From NCBI GenBank assembly GCA_938091905.1, contig CALKOM010000084.1:1-64000 (forward strand): a stretch of DNA of 64,000 bases. Direction: 5' to 3'. The notes below the pieces were generated by a model. It ran no database searches and was not told the DNA's origin. It saw only the letters and a program-made list of their open reading frames with translations. Below are positions 18,646 to 29,452 of the stretch, piece after piece; the stretch's first letter is position 1; each line of letters opens with the position of its first letter. A program made the translations under genes and the position numbers. The stretch is from an uncultured Verrucomicrobiales bacterium. Its GTDB lineage: Bacteria; Verrucomicrobiota; Verrucomicrobiia; Verrucomicrobiales; DEV007.

Positions 18646-20480
18646 TCTGTAGCGGCAGTCTCGACAGGAGGCACCAGGGCCAAGATCTTCTGGCCTTCAT
18701 TCCACTCACACGGGCGGTTCGGAGTGATGAAGTGAAGGCTCTCTCCATCCGCCTCGATCATGAACATCACGACCGCTTCCTCACCGTAGAGTTTCCGAAA
18801 CTCCGATTCATTGAACTGATCGGACACGCGTGTCTTCTTGAAGACAAACCCGCGTTCATGAAGAGTTTCCAGGTAGGCAAAGCTGGGCCTGCCTTCAAAA
18901 GGATACCGCGCTTGGAAATCTTGGCTCATGTGATCGCGCTCTAACTTATCAGGCTTATCTTCAGTCGAGAGTTGAAAGATGTTTCGGCGACCAAAGCGAT
19001 GCGAAAACTCGTGGGCAGCTAGACTATTGCTCTCGTCATTTGGTGTCACCGCTAGCAATCTTCCGATCCCAGCGAGATTGAGCTCCTCGACGACCGACTC
19101 GGACACGATATTGCCGCGGGTGGCGTTCAGCCCAGCGAGCCTCGCCTGCTTGACGTTCTCTTGGTTCGTATCGACCAAGAGGACGCTGACACCTTCTTCA
19201 TGCAACGTCTTCGCGAGTTGTCTCACCCACGAACTCGCCCCGGCAAAAAGAATGCCTACGCGATTCCGGCTCGCTAACTTGAGACGCCGAGCGATCGGTT
19301 TAGCGAAGAGACCGTAAATTGCCACCGTTCCCACAATAACAGTGAAAACGACAGGCACTAACTGATTCGCCTGCTGAACAAACACCGCGGCACTTGGATC
19401 TGCTTCATCTGCGGTCTTTAGCAGTTTGAGAGCAAACACCGTGGTCACCGCAGCGGCGACAATTCCTCGAGGTGCCAGCGCGCTCAGAAGAATCTTCTCG
19501 TTCGTCGGCAGGCGCGTCTTCCACATCGAAAGGAACACGCAAACCGGCCGCACCAGAAGAATGAGCCCGAGCGTGAAGACGGGCGCTCGCCAGCCAAGCT
19601 CAGAGATCTGCGCCCAACTCACGCGCCCACTGAGCACGATGAACAGCGTCGAAATCAAGAGCACTCGAAGATTCTCTTTGAACTCGATGATGTGCCGGAC
19701 ACGTGCCCGGTCTTGATTCGCCAAATAGACACCAAAGATCGTTACAGTCAGCAAGCCCGCCTCATGCTGGAGGGCATCAGACGCCGTGAACAGAACAGCC
19801 ACGACTACTAACAGGAATACACTGTGCAGATAATCTGGAATCGCATAGCGCTCTAACAGTCGCGTCACCACCAAGCCAGCGACATAGCCAAAAATCACAC
19901 CGACTGCGATCGTCTTTCCCAAAGTTAGTGCCACATCAACAGCAGCCACTTTCAGACTCACCGCGCTGACCACTTCAAAAACTAACAGAGCAAACGTCGC
20001 TCCGATCGGATCAATGACAATCCCCTCCCACTTCACAACCGAAGCCACCCGAGGAGACGGCTGAATAACTCGCAGGAGCGGTGCGATTACGGTTGGGCCA
20101 GTCACGACAAGAATCGCCCCCAAAAGACTCGCAATCCCCCATTCAAAGCCAAGGATGAAACGCGCAATCAGGGTCGTGAGTATCCAGGAAATCACCACTC
20201 CCCAAGTACAGAGCCGAAGCACTGGTGTGCCCGCTTCCTTGAGCTCCTTCAATTTCAAACTTAGCCCCCCCTCAAAGAGAATGATGGCTACCGAGAGCGA
20301 CACGATCGGAAAGAGCAATGACTCCGGAATAATCTGGTCAGGCCGCATCCACAGCTCACCAGCGGCAAAGCCAAAAGCGAGGAGGAAAAGAATCGAGGGC
20401 AACCCCAACCGCCACGCTAGCAACTGCGCCGTAATACCGAGAGCAAGAACCGCAGTCAGGTAGGAAAGCGTCTGATCCAT
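18642..20480 (-). CDS. NhaP-like cation:proton antiporter (CPA1) with a C-terminal Rossmann/TrkA-N-like domain
   Basis: IILFEGGLSL, VTGPTVI.P, KWEGIVIDPIG, APRGIVAAA. Confidence 0.88.
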   Translation of the reverse strand: MDQTLSYLTAVLALGITAQLLAWRLGLPSILFLLAFGFAAGELWMRPDQIIPESLLFPIVSLSVAIILFEGGLSLKLKELKEAGTPVLRLCTWGVVISWILTTLIARFILGFEWGIASLLGAILVVTGPTVIAPLLRVIQPSPRVASVVKWEGIVIDPIGATFALLVFEVVSAVSLKVAAVDVALTLGKTIAVGVIFGYVAGLVVTRLLERYAIPDYLHSVFLLVVVAVLFTASDALQHEAGLLTVTIFGVYLANQDRARVRHIIEFKENLRVLLISTLFIVLSGRVSWAQISELGWRAPVFTLGLILLVRPVCVFLSMWKTRLPTNEKILLSALAPRGIVAAAVTTVFALKLLKTADEADPSAAVFVQQANQLVPVVFTVIVGTVAIYGLFAKPIARRLKLASRNRVGILFAGASSWVRQLAKTLHEEGVSVLLVDTNQENVKQARLAGLNATRGNIVSESVVEELNLAGIGRLLAVTPNDESNSLAAHEFSHRFGRRNIFQLSTEDKPDKLERDHMSQDFQARYPFEGRPSFAYLETLHERGFVFKKTRVSDQFNESEFRKLYGEEAVVMFMIEADGESLHFITPNRPCEWNEGQKILALVPPVETAATD

Positions 20481-20586
20481 AGAAGAGCAAACCCATCGAA
20501 GAATGGGAGCGCGTCAAGAGATAGTCCCCAGCCTACCACCAAGAAGAGTGGCGATTGCGGAACTTACACCCTAGCGCTATTGGTAG

Positions 20587-22104
20587 GTGATGACGAATGG
20601 GTTTCATCAGCTCCTCTGTATGCTCGGCATCATCAGTTTCCTGGTGGGCTTCAGCATGCGGCGCCAGGTGGAACGACCGCCCGCGCCCGAAATCGTTGAT
20701 TATGATCCCCGCGTCCCTCCCGAGTTGCGAAAAGCAAATGCCAAAGAGTTCGCCGAAGCGTACCGACACCACACTGATCCTGACACCTTCGAAATCACAC
20801 ATCTTGCCTCCAAAGAGCACGCACTCTGGCAATGGATCGAACTCGATGGCGAGAGCGCTCTTTCCCATGCTACAGAATGTCACAATGGCGCTCGCTGGCA
20901 TCTAACAGACTCTCCGAACTCGATACTCCAAAGGTGGGCATGGCGAGCACCAAAGACGGCCATGCGGGCCGCCCTTCAGATCGAAGATCGCCAGGAACGC
21001 ACACAGACTCTTGGTGCTATCTTGGATCGCCTCGCCCAGCTTGGAGACCTCGATGCCGCCATCGCCACAGCTTCGCAAGTCGACGAACTGAACAAGACCG
21101 GACGTCAGTTTCTTGAAGCATGGGCCTTGCAGGATTCCGAAGCTGCGGGCAACTGGTTTGGTCAACTACGCCACCCGGAAAGTGGCGTCGGCATCGGCTG
21201 GTCGCACCAACTACCCACGGGCATGGTTCTCCACGCGTTCGCAACGCTGGAGGATCACTGGGGGCGCCAAGCCGCAGAAGATCGCGATGTCATCAGCGTG
21301 CTTACTCAAATCCTCGAAGGAGAAGCTCGTGAATCTCCCAAAGTGGCGCTGCAATGGCTAAGTAAGCTCTCCCCTGCTCTTCTCGATCAAGGTGTGATCA
21401 ATGGTGTCATCCGAGGCTGGGCATCACACTCGCCAGAGAAAGCACTATCATTCATCGAAAACTTGCCGAACAATTTCAGCTTCCTAGAAACAAAATTGGT
21501 CGATCTCTCATATGTCGGGAAAATCGAACTGGCCCGCGCCTGGTCTCAAGCAGATCCGAAGAATGCCGCGCGCTGGATTCTTGCATTAAGCCCAGAGACA
21601 CAGAAGCCCTTGCTAGATGTCGCCGCAAAACACTTCGTTAATCACGATCTCGCATGGGCGAATCAGATTTTGCAGACAGACGAAGAAGAACATCCTGTTG
21701 TCGTGGGAGAATGGGTCAACCAGCTTGCCAAAGAAATGCCCGAAACGGCTGCCGCACGTTTGCTAGATCACCTCGAAGACCCCGCCTACGTGGGCTCCTT
21801 CGCGGAGCTCGCTCAAACCTGGCACGGGATCGATAGCGAACGCTGTGCTCGCTTTGTCACCAACCTGAATCCAGGACCAAACCGAGATGCCGCAGCTAGC
21901 GGCATTATTAAGAAGCTTCTCGAGTCTCCAGAGACGGATAATCTTGAGTCTGCACGCAGTTGGCTCGCGACCCTCCAGCCTGGTGCGACCCGAACAGTGC
22001 TGGTCACGAATCTCGTAGAAGTATGGACAAAGATCGACCCTAAGGCTGCTCAAGAAGCTCAAACGAGCCTCAAAGAAACGAACCCAGAGAGGCCACAGCC
22101 GTGA
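20587..22104 (+). CDS. Membrane-anchored hypothetical protein with DP.AA..W helical repeats
   Basis: N-terminal TM segment; WSQADPKNAARW, WTKIDPKAA, WALQDSEAAGNW. Confidence 0.75.
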   Translation: MMTNGFHQLLCMLGIISFLVGFSMRRQVERPPAPEIVDYDPRVPPELRKANAKEFAEAYRHHTDPDTFEITHLASKEHALWQWIELDGESALSHATECHNGARWHLTDSPNSILQRWAWRAPKTAMRAALQIEDRQERTQTLGAILDRLAQLGDLDAAIATASQVDELNKTGRQFLEAWALQDSEAAGNWFGQLRHPESGVGIGWSHQLPTGMVLHAFATLEDHWGRQAAEDRDVISVLTQILEGEARESPKVALQWLSKLSPALLDQGVINGVIRGWASHSPEKALSFIENLPNNFSFLETKLVDLSYVGKIELARAWSQADPKNAARWILALSPETQKPLLDVAAKHFVNHDLAWANQILQTDEEEHPVVVGEWVNQLAKEMPETAAARLLDHLEDPAYVGSFAELAQTWHGIDSERCARFVTNLNPGPNRDAAASGIIKKLLESPETDNLESARSWLATLQPGATRTVLVTNLVEVWTKIDPKAAQEAQTSLKETNPERPQP

Positions 22105-23144
22105 AACGCGTCTCAGAAATTGCCCTCGTGGCTTTGACTTTCAGCACCCTCGGTTGGTTCTTTGGCGAACCCATCCGACAAGTCGCCAACAACCTTCTGC
22201 CTTCATCGCTCGGAGGGACTTCGCTGCTTCCTCAAAATCGCTTACCGTCAGCCCGGTATTGGAAAGAAGAGCTCAGCGCAGTCATTACCAACTGGCAAAC
22301 CGCTAAATCCATCGAAGGGTTTCGACAAGACTACGAAATCTATCAAACCTACCAGCCTCCCGTGCGCTCATACGCCCAAGCCCGACTGATCGCGGACTGG
22401 CACGAGTTTAACGACACCGATCTCTTGAACTTCGGCCTCGTATGTGACGATCCCACTTTCGTCGACAAGATCTTGCAGCTACGCTTTCAGATAGATCCAG
22501 AAAACACCCTGTCATTAGTATCTGCGCTCGCCCGCGATGACTCAGAGCGCCTGCACTTTCTGAAAGCCTGGCTCGTTCAAGCAAGCGATGGTGACCGGAA
22601 GCGCATGCGCAACCTGATCGTTGAGCACCGCCTCGCGTCCTCAAATGACGATCCCTTACTGGCCTTCGCCGATTCGGCTGAGCAGCTACCACCGGCTCCG
22701 CCCAAGGACACAGCGACAGAGCCCACGACCTCGGGTGAAGACGTCCGTAAACATTGGGTATCCCACAAAAAAATCTCACTGCTAGAGGCTTCATTTAGAT
22801 CCTGGATGAAGCAAGCCCCTGAAGAGGCTCGGAACTGGACCGCCAGTCAGGAAGATCCCGCTCTGCTCGACCTTTGGAGACTCTGTCAGGTTGAACATCT
22901 TATAAAAGCACCAGGCAGCACTCCTCGATCCGCCTACAAACTCAGTTTGGAAATCGCTGAGACCTCTCTTCAGAAACGCGCCGTAGAGCTTTCTCTTGGT
23001 CACTGGCTTCTAGTCGACCCCCAAGGAGCCATTGCTTCCATCACTGAGGCTCCACTTGAAGAAGCTGAACGAGAACAGCTCACCCAATGGGCAAACTCAA
23101 AGAGTCGCCTGCTTGATGTGATCTCGGCTGCGGCCTCCAATTAG
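22101..23144 (+). CDS. Membrane-anchored hypothetical protein, same repeat family
   Basis: GTGA start/stop overlap with the upstream gene; WMKQAPEEARNW, WLLVDPQGA. Confidence 0.7.
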   Translation: MKRVSEIALVALTFSTLGWFFGEPIRQVANNLLPSSLGGTSLLPQNRLPSARYWKEELSAVITNWQTAKSIEGFRQDYEIYQTYQPPVRSYAQARLIADWHEFNDTDLLNFGLVCDDPTFVDKILQLRFQIDPENTLSLVSALARDDSERLHFLKAWLVQASDGDRKRMRNLIVEHRLASSNDDPLLAFADSAEQLPPAPPKDTATEPTTSGEDVRKHWVSHKKISLLEASFRSWMKQAPEEARNWTASQEDPALLDLWRLCQVEHLIKAPGSTPRSAYKLSLEIAETSLQKRAVELSLGHWLLVDPQGAIASITEAPLEEAEREQLTQWANSKSRLLDVISAAASN

Positions 23145-23218
23145 CACTAACTCGTAGCGTTTGCTTCAGCGAGAGCCCCCTTTGATCCGCTTCTAACAAT
23201 ACGCCGGCTACAACACCC

Positions 23219-26200
23219 TTAACGCTGACGCGCCTGGCGCATGACCGCTTCCACGTCTTGCTTCAGCTTAGCCTGATCTGCCTTTGAGAGATTCGGCAGG
23301 ATCTTAGGCAACAATGCGCCTACAGCTTGATTGCCCGGCGCCGCTCGCCACAGCTGCATGCCCTCGGTCCGTGCCAGTTGCCATTCCTTCAAACTAATGC
23401 GCACTTTCAGGAGATCGATTCTGATTGCTAGGTCACGAGGATTCAGGCGTACACTTTGGAGGAGAAGATCACGAGCTTCAGTAAGTTTATTCTGTTTCAC
23501 TCGAGCAACCCCCAGCGCTTGAAGAGCCCGACTATCATTCGGCGCAAGCTTCGCTGCTCGCTCAAAATAGGGCACCGCTTCAGTAATCTTGCCAGCTCTG
23601 CCATAGTGCGATCCAAGCCCAGAGAGTGCCGACAGGTAATTTGGATCAAAGACCAATGCCCGTTGATACGCATCCACCACGCCTACCTCATCGTTCTGCA
23701 AGCGGCTAAAGTCGACAAGATGCTCACACCACAGCGTTAGGCGAGACGTCGGCACACTACGTCGCTTGGGCGGAAGATTCGTCTCTCGATCAAGCTGATC
23801 ACGCAGGTAACGCTGCCCATACGCCAAGTAGCCCTCCCTCTTCCAGGCGATGAGTGCATTGATGAGATCCGAAGGAGGCAAGTCTCGGATCCATTGCCCT
23901 TGGAACGGCAGATCTTCTTGTCGCACACGCTCTGGTGATTTCGCAAGCGCAGGGACGTCCGTGATAATTTGAGTGGTGGTGATTGCACCTCGGTAAATGA
24001 AAGCTAAACGATCCTGCGCGTCGGCTAGGAAACTAGATGGAAGCGGCAACGGCCGTCGCATGCTCAAGAACGACCGATGAAACACATCGAGCGCTCCAGC
24101 TTGGGTGGCATCGATCACACGTGCACCGAATGGAGCCTTCACCTTCTTGAGAAGCTTGCTCATCGCTTTGGACTCTTCTTTGGCCGTGACGCCTTCAGCA
24201 GGCACGGCTAGCACTTCGACTTCGATTCCCTGTTTGCGAAGCGTGCTAGCAGCCTTGGCCAGTTCCGCCAACTCCACGGCACAAGGCTGGCACCACGAAG
24301 CAGCAAATAGGTAAAGCTTACCTCGCTTCGTGGCAGCCGACTTGGGTTGCTTTTGAATGATTGCACCCGTCACCTTCGGCATGAGAACCCGCGCAACCAA
24401 TGCCGTGCGGGAAGCTCCGCTCCAAGGCTCCACTGTCACGTCGCTGCTGGCGAGGGCTGGTTGAGAAACGGGCGTAGCCTCAGTCGGTTTCCCTGCTCCC
24501 TGACGCACATGCCAACGCTTGTTGGCCGTGAGTTTCGCGAAGTTCTCGGTCTTGCCATCGGGCCAATGAACCGTCAGGACCATGGATCCCGCCGTTTCGG
24601 CACCAAGACCAAAGTGGATCCACGCACTGTTCTGAGTGAGAAAACCTTCGCCACATCGACGGGTTTGATAGAGTCTGCGTCCCGATGGCAAAGTCAGTTC
24701 GAGTCGAGCACCGATAGCATCGCGATTGCAGGTCATGCCCTCAAGACGAACTTGTAGGGAACTCGCGCCTGCCTTTGGGAGATCATTGCGGAGTAGACGC
24801 AAGCGAGGGGCAGTCCGGTTCGTTAGCCACACATCGAGGTCACCGTCTTGATCCCAGTCAACCATGGCAACGCCACGCGTATCATCATTGACTCCGAAGC
24901 CGCTCAGGAAACTCGCGTTGGCAAATTTGCCAGGCATGCCATCACGGCGATTGCCGACATTGAGGAAGAGACTGTTGCGCTCACGCCCTGACAGCGACTT
25001 CCCGCTAAAGAGCAGTTCTGACATGGCGGCATAAGCCAGTTTATAGGCCATGACGCCATCTGTGGCACCACCCATCTGATCCGGTGATTGCGACACCACG
25101 CGCCGCCACATGAAACTTCACAAATCGTCTTCTTCAGGGCCCGTAATGAACCCGTTCCCCACGAGGGAGTCAAGCCTCCCATCGTTGTTGATATCCGCCA
25201 TCTGATGCCCCCAAGCCCAGCGGCCTAACGTGATCCCCGTGGCTACACTTTCATCGCTGAACGTCCCATTACCACGGTTGATCAGAAGGGTATTGCCTCG
25301 CGCAAACCGTTGATGACTCGCGATCGTTTCCGACTGACGGCCTTGCTTATACTGAGGTTGAAAGGCAATCCGGTTTCCGGCACCTGAAAACATGTTGCTC
25401 ACTTGGAGATCCATCAAGCCATCGCCGTTCACGTCGCCCCAAGTGGACGCCATGCCAGGCGACCGGTCCTCGACCCCAGCTTGGCCCGCAATGTCCGTGA
25501 ACGTTCCTTGGTAATTTTGATAGAAGTTGTTTGTTCCGAAATCATTCGCTACGTAGAGATCCATCCAACCGTCTTTGTTCACGTCCTCCCAAGAGGCCGC
25601 AAAGGAGAAGCGGTTGTTATTTTTACCCAGGCCAGCCGTCACTGTCACGTTGGCAAATTTCCAATTACCGCCATTTCGAATGAGCGCATTGGCGGCGCCA
25701 TTGTTAGCATCGTCCCAAGGTAGTGGCACGCCATCCTCACCAAAGGTAGAGAAATCCCGCCCGTAACTGCAGGCATACACATCGACAAAGCCGTCGCGAT
25801 CATAATCAGCAGCGGCCAAGCCATGCACACGAGCAGCCGCAGTTACAGAGCCCCCCTTTTTAAAGGTCGCTTTGCCGTTATTCTTCATGAAGAGCAATTG
25901 ATCTTCTAACGCAAGCACCAAATCCTGATCCCCATCATTGTCCAGGTCGGCAAACAAGGCAGCACGGCTGCGATCCAGGATGTTAAGGCCCGACTTTTCT
26001 GTAACATCTACAAGCGTTCCATCCGCCTGATGAAGCAGGAGACGCTTGGGCAATCCTCCAGAATCTGTGTAAAGGAGATCTTCCAAGCCATCGCCGTTCA
26101 CATCGCCAAGCGCCATCCCATTGATGCCGCCCGGCTCAATGGAGAGAGACGTTTCCAACCGCAAACGCCAGTGATCAATGCTATAGCGCAATTGCTCTTT

Positions 26201-26899
26201 CCAGGCCGTCGTCTCACTCAGCGCCGCCATGGTGACATCGCTAAAGAGCGGCTTGGTTTCTGTCGCGTGCACTTCTTCGAACTCTGCCAGCACAAGGCTA
26301 TCCATGTGCCATGCGCTGCTTGCATCATTGCGAGACCAATTGATCTTCCAAGTAATATTCTGTTGCACAAATCCTTGGTCACGGGCGGCCCCAGTCACAT
26401 CGACATACACTCCTGAGATCCCGCGATTGCCCTCCATGACGACACGAAAGATCTTGGTGTGAATGTCCAGTGGCTCTTTAGGATCGAACGGCTGAAACCA
26501 TCCTTCGACCGCCTTCTTCAAGTCCGTCTCGGAAGCCTCCTGACTGATCGCTCCTTGAGGTCGGCGCACGACGAAACCTCCGGCCAGTCGCATTTCTGTG
26601 AGACTCGAAGGTCGCATCTCTGCCACCCCAATCTTGGGGCTGATCTCTTTGACAATCTCTGCATCCCACGAACGCTCTGCCAATGGAGCCACCCAATAGT
26701 TGACCAGCGGCTTGATCGCATCGTGAAAGACTTCGCTCTCCCAGCCATCGGCAGCGGCGTCCACACGGCTAAGCTCATCCGCCAAAAATCCGTCCTTGGA
26801 GGCCTCCACTGTACCTGGCACTTCCGCTGCTGGCGGCGCTGCCGTTACCGGGCTGAAGACAAGGAGGACGGGGGCTCCGAACAAAACAAAGAGCTTCAT
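23219..26899 (-). CDS. Exported FG-GAP/VCBS propeller + ASPIC/UnbV + thioredoxin-like + TPR protein with an in-frame TGA at 25118-25120 (candidate selenocysteine 594)
   Basis: ORFs 25118..26944 and 23219..25111 share one frame: GAC GAT TTG TGA AGT TTC ATG TGG. Signal peptide from ATG 26899; D.N.DG..D repeats on both sides of the TGA; NRDAIGAR, GEGFLTQN..HFGLG; SWCQPC; TPRs. Domain calls are solid; readthrough is inferred. Confidence 0.7.
25084..25109 (-). promoter_or_regulatory. Candidate bacterial SECIS hairpin
   Basis: After the UGA and an 11-nt spacer: GCGGCGC-GUG-GUGUCGC, a 7-bp stem with two G-U pairs and a loop starting GU. It extends by GUG/CAC pairing across an AAU bulge. Confidence 0.55.
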
Positions 26900-26985
26900 G
26901 ATGACCAAAGTCCATCCGAATTCAGCCAAGGTGTCAAATACCACACAAGGATTGTCGATTCCTTGAGATGGAGTAGACTTGAACC

Positions 26986-28704
26986 GTGAAACCCGTTGTC
27001 CATCTAGTGCTTCTAGTCCTCGCCTTCTTAGGTGGAATGGCCCTGGAGCGGCGCATCAAGACAACGGCAGCGGCCGAGCATGAAGGCCCAATCGAGGTCG
27101 CGGCTCCGGGCCTCGACCTCGAAAGAGGAAGATCAGGGGAGGACGAAAACGAATCGGATAGCAACGAGCACACGCCAAACATCGATGTTCAGAGCACGCC
27201 TACGCTAGCCTTCTTGCTTTCGTTATCAGAGCAACGCGACAAGCATCGTGCCCTCGACAACGTGCCGCCTGGCAAGCTCGTCGCCATGCTAGATGAGTTA
27301 CGAAATTCCAACGACCAAAGTCCCGAAGCACGAGTGCTGAAACGCGTTCTCTATGATCGCTGGGCAAACGATCAGCCTCTCGCTGCCCTCGAGCATGCCA
27401 TGACTTACGAGACGAATCCACGACTCAAAGAGCAAGTCATTCACCATGCTTTCGCGAGACTCGCGGAGCGAGACGTTGCTAGCGCCTTGGACGCCTACAG
27501 CGGTTTGGAGACTCGTCGCCAACGTGAAGAGGCCATCAGCGCAATGACCCACCACACGACTTTGGATGGCCTGCCATTCCTCGCAGACTTTTTTATGAAT
27601 GACACTCAGAACGCCCCCATCGAAGCCCTCTTCAGAGTGTGGGCGGAAAGAGATCCGGGCGGCGAGGGTATCCTGGACTTGGCCGCGACAGGAGGCACAC
27701 GCGCGGTTCATGCTGCCTTGGAAGGTATGGCGATGAGCGACCCAATCAGCGCTCTTCCCATGGCGAATCAGCTTGGTCCCGAAGGAATCCGAGTAGCGCT
27801 CGATGCCATTGCCCATTCTGATCCGAGACTTGCTGCTGCAGCGTTCGACGCTGTAACGACAGACGAACTTCCTCTAGGTCGTCAGCGCAACGATCTTGCT
27901 AGACAGATTGCCCACCGAATGGCCCAAGAGGACATTCAAAGTGCCTTGGCCTGGACAGACACCTTGGATCCCGTAGCCAGGCGTGAAGCGCTCCGGGAGG
28001 TTTCCCAGGAGTGGGCCCGACAGGACCCTAAAAGTGCCGCCGAGTATGCCCTCACCCTATCAGACCCTCGTCAGCAACGTGATGCGGTCTCAGAGGCTAC
28101 TCATCACTGGGCTCGTGATAATCCTGGTGCCGCGTTAGAATGGGCCAATAACTTGGAAGGCGACACGAGCCTTGCCGCCATGCGCGGTGTGATCGGCACC
28201 ATTGCTGACAATGATCCCCAAGCAGCGGCCAACATGATCGGTCAGATGGATTTCTCAACGGCCCCCGCAGACGCCTACAGTGACATGGCGGGGGATCTCG
28301 CCTCTCATTGGAGTCGGTTCGACCCAGAGGCTGCAGCGAACTGGGCGCAGACCTTGCCTGAAGAGAACGAAGCCCAACACCACGCTTTTGAACGCGTGGC
28401 CGATCATTGGGTCGAGCAAGATAGCTTAGGAGCCTCCGAATGGGTTGGCAGTCTTCCTGAAGGTGAACTTCGCGATATCGCCGCGCGGCGATTGGTCGAA
28501 CACATCGCTCCCAGCGATCCAGACACTGCTTACCAATGGGCACTCAGCTTGAGCGATCTCGGTCACCAGACGGAGATGCTGCATGAAGTCTTCGAACAAT
28601 GGCAGGAACGCGATCCGCAGAGTGCCGAAGCGACCCTAAACGCGGCCCCTATTTCTAATGAACAACGCCAGGAAATCGGAGAGCTCTTTAGAAACGATCC
28701 CTAG
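26986..28704 (+). CDS. Membrane-anchored hypothetical protein with many DP.AA..W helical repeats
   Basis: N-terminal hydrophobic segment; WARQDPKSAAEY, WARDNPGAALEW, WSRFDPEAAANW, WQERDPQSA. Confidence 0.8.
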   Translation: MKPVVHLVLLVLAFLGGMALERRIKTTAAAEHEGPIEVAAPGLDLERGRSGEDENESDSNEHTPNIDVQSTPTLAFLLSLSEQRDKHRALDNVPPGKLVAMLDELRNSNDQSPEARVLKRVLYDRWANDQPLAALEHAMTYETNPRLKEQVIHHAFARLAERDVASALDAYSGLETRRQREEAISAMTHHTTLDGLPFLADFFMNDTQNAPIEALFRVWAERDPGGEGILDLAATGGTRAVHAALEGMAMSDPISALPMANQLGPEGIRVALDAIAHSDPRLAAAAFDAVTTDELPLGRQRNDLARQIAHRMAQEDIQSALAWTDTLDPVARREALREVSQEWARQDPKSAAEYALTLSDPRQQRDAVSEATHHWARDNPGAALEWANNLEGDTSLAAMRGVIGTIADNDPQAAANMIGQMDFSTAPADAYSDMAGDLASHWSRFDPEAAANWAQTLPEENEAQHHAFERVADHWVEQDSLGASEWVGSLPEGELRDIAARRLVEHIAPSDPDTAYQWALSLSDLGHQTEMLHEVFEQWQERDPQSAEATLNAAPISNEQRQEIGELFRNDP

Positions 28705-28792
28705 CAATGGCGCTACTACCTAGTCTTAATGTCGCTCCGGCTTCCAGCCGGAGTCTTGGGCTGGATGCCCAAGCGACCCAACAGAATGGCTG

Positions 28793-29452
28793 ATGCTCTG
28801 GTGTTTGCATGGAGCGTTAGGGTCTTACCGCGATTGGGAATCGATCTTTCCAGGCGCACGCCACGTCGATCTCTGGTCGACTAAGCCAGGAACGGACTTG
28901 GCAAACTGGGCCAACCAGTGGGTCACCACCGTGGCAGAGGAAGATCCCCATCCGCAACTCGTGGGTTACTCCATGGGCGGCAGGCTTGCGCTGCATGCCT
29001 TACTCGCAGCACCAACACTTTGGGAAAGCGCCACCATTGTGTCTGCACATCCAGGCTTGCGCTCTGGTCGTGCCGAACGACGTGTTCGTGATAAAGCTTG
29101 GTTAGCCCGCTTTCAACGGGAACCGTTCCAAAACGTGATGCGCGATTGGAATGCGCAATCCGTCTTCAGCAAGGAATCTGGTCTCCCGAAACCCAAGCAA
29201 TTTGAGCCGAGGATGGCGCGTTGCTTCCAACAATGGTCTCTTGGAAACCAAGAACCACTCTGGGAACAGTTAGATAACATTACTTGCCCTGTGCAGTGGA
29301 TCTGTGGCGAGTTGGATACCAAATTTAGCCAACTCGGTCGCGATGCGGTCGCGATGCTGCCGCAGGCCACGTATCTGAGTACGCCGTCCTGTGGGCATCG
29401 CGTTCCTTGGGAATGGAGCGACTTCGCATCACATCTTGCACTCTCAATGTAG
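28793..29452 (+). CDS. MenH-like alpha/beta hydrolase (SHCHC synthase-like)
   Basis: LHGALG, GYSMGGRLAL, SAHPGL, GELDTKF, GHRVPW; no other men genes adjacent. Confidence 0.75.
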   Translation: MLWCLHGALGSYRDWESIFPGARHVDLWSTKPGTDLANWANQWVTTVAEEDPHPQLVGYSMGGRLALHALLAAPTLWESATIVSAHPGLRSGRAERRVRDKAWLARFQREPFQNVMRDWNAQSVFSKESGLPKPKQFEPRMARCFQQWSLGNQEPLWEQLDNITCPVQWICGELDTKFSQLGRDAVAMLPQATYLSTPSCGHRVPWEWSDFASHLALSM

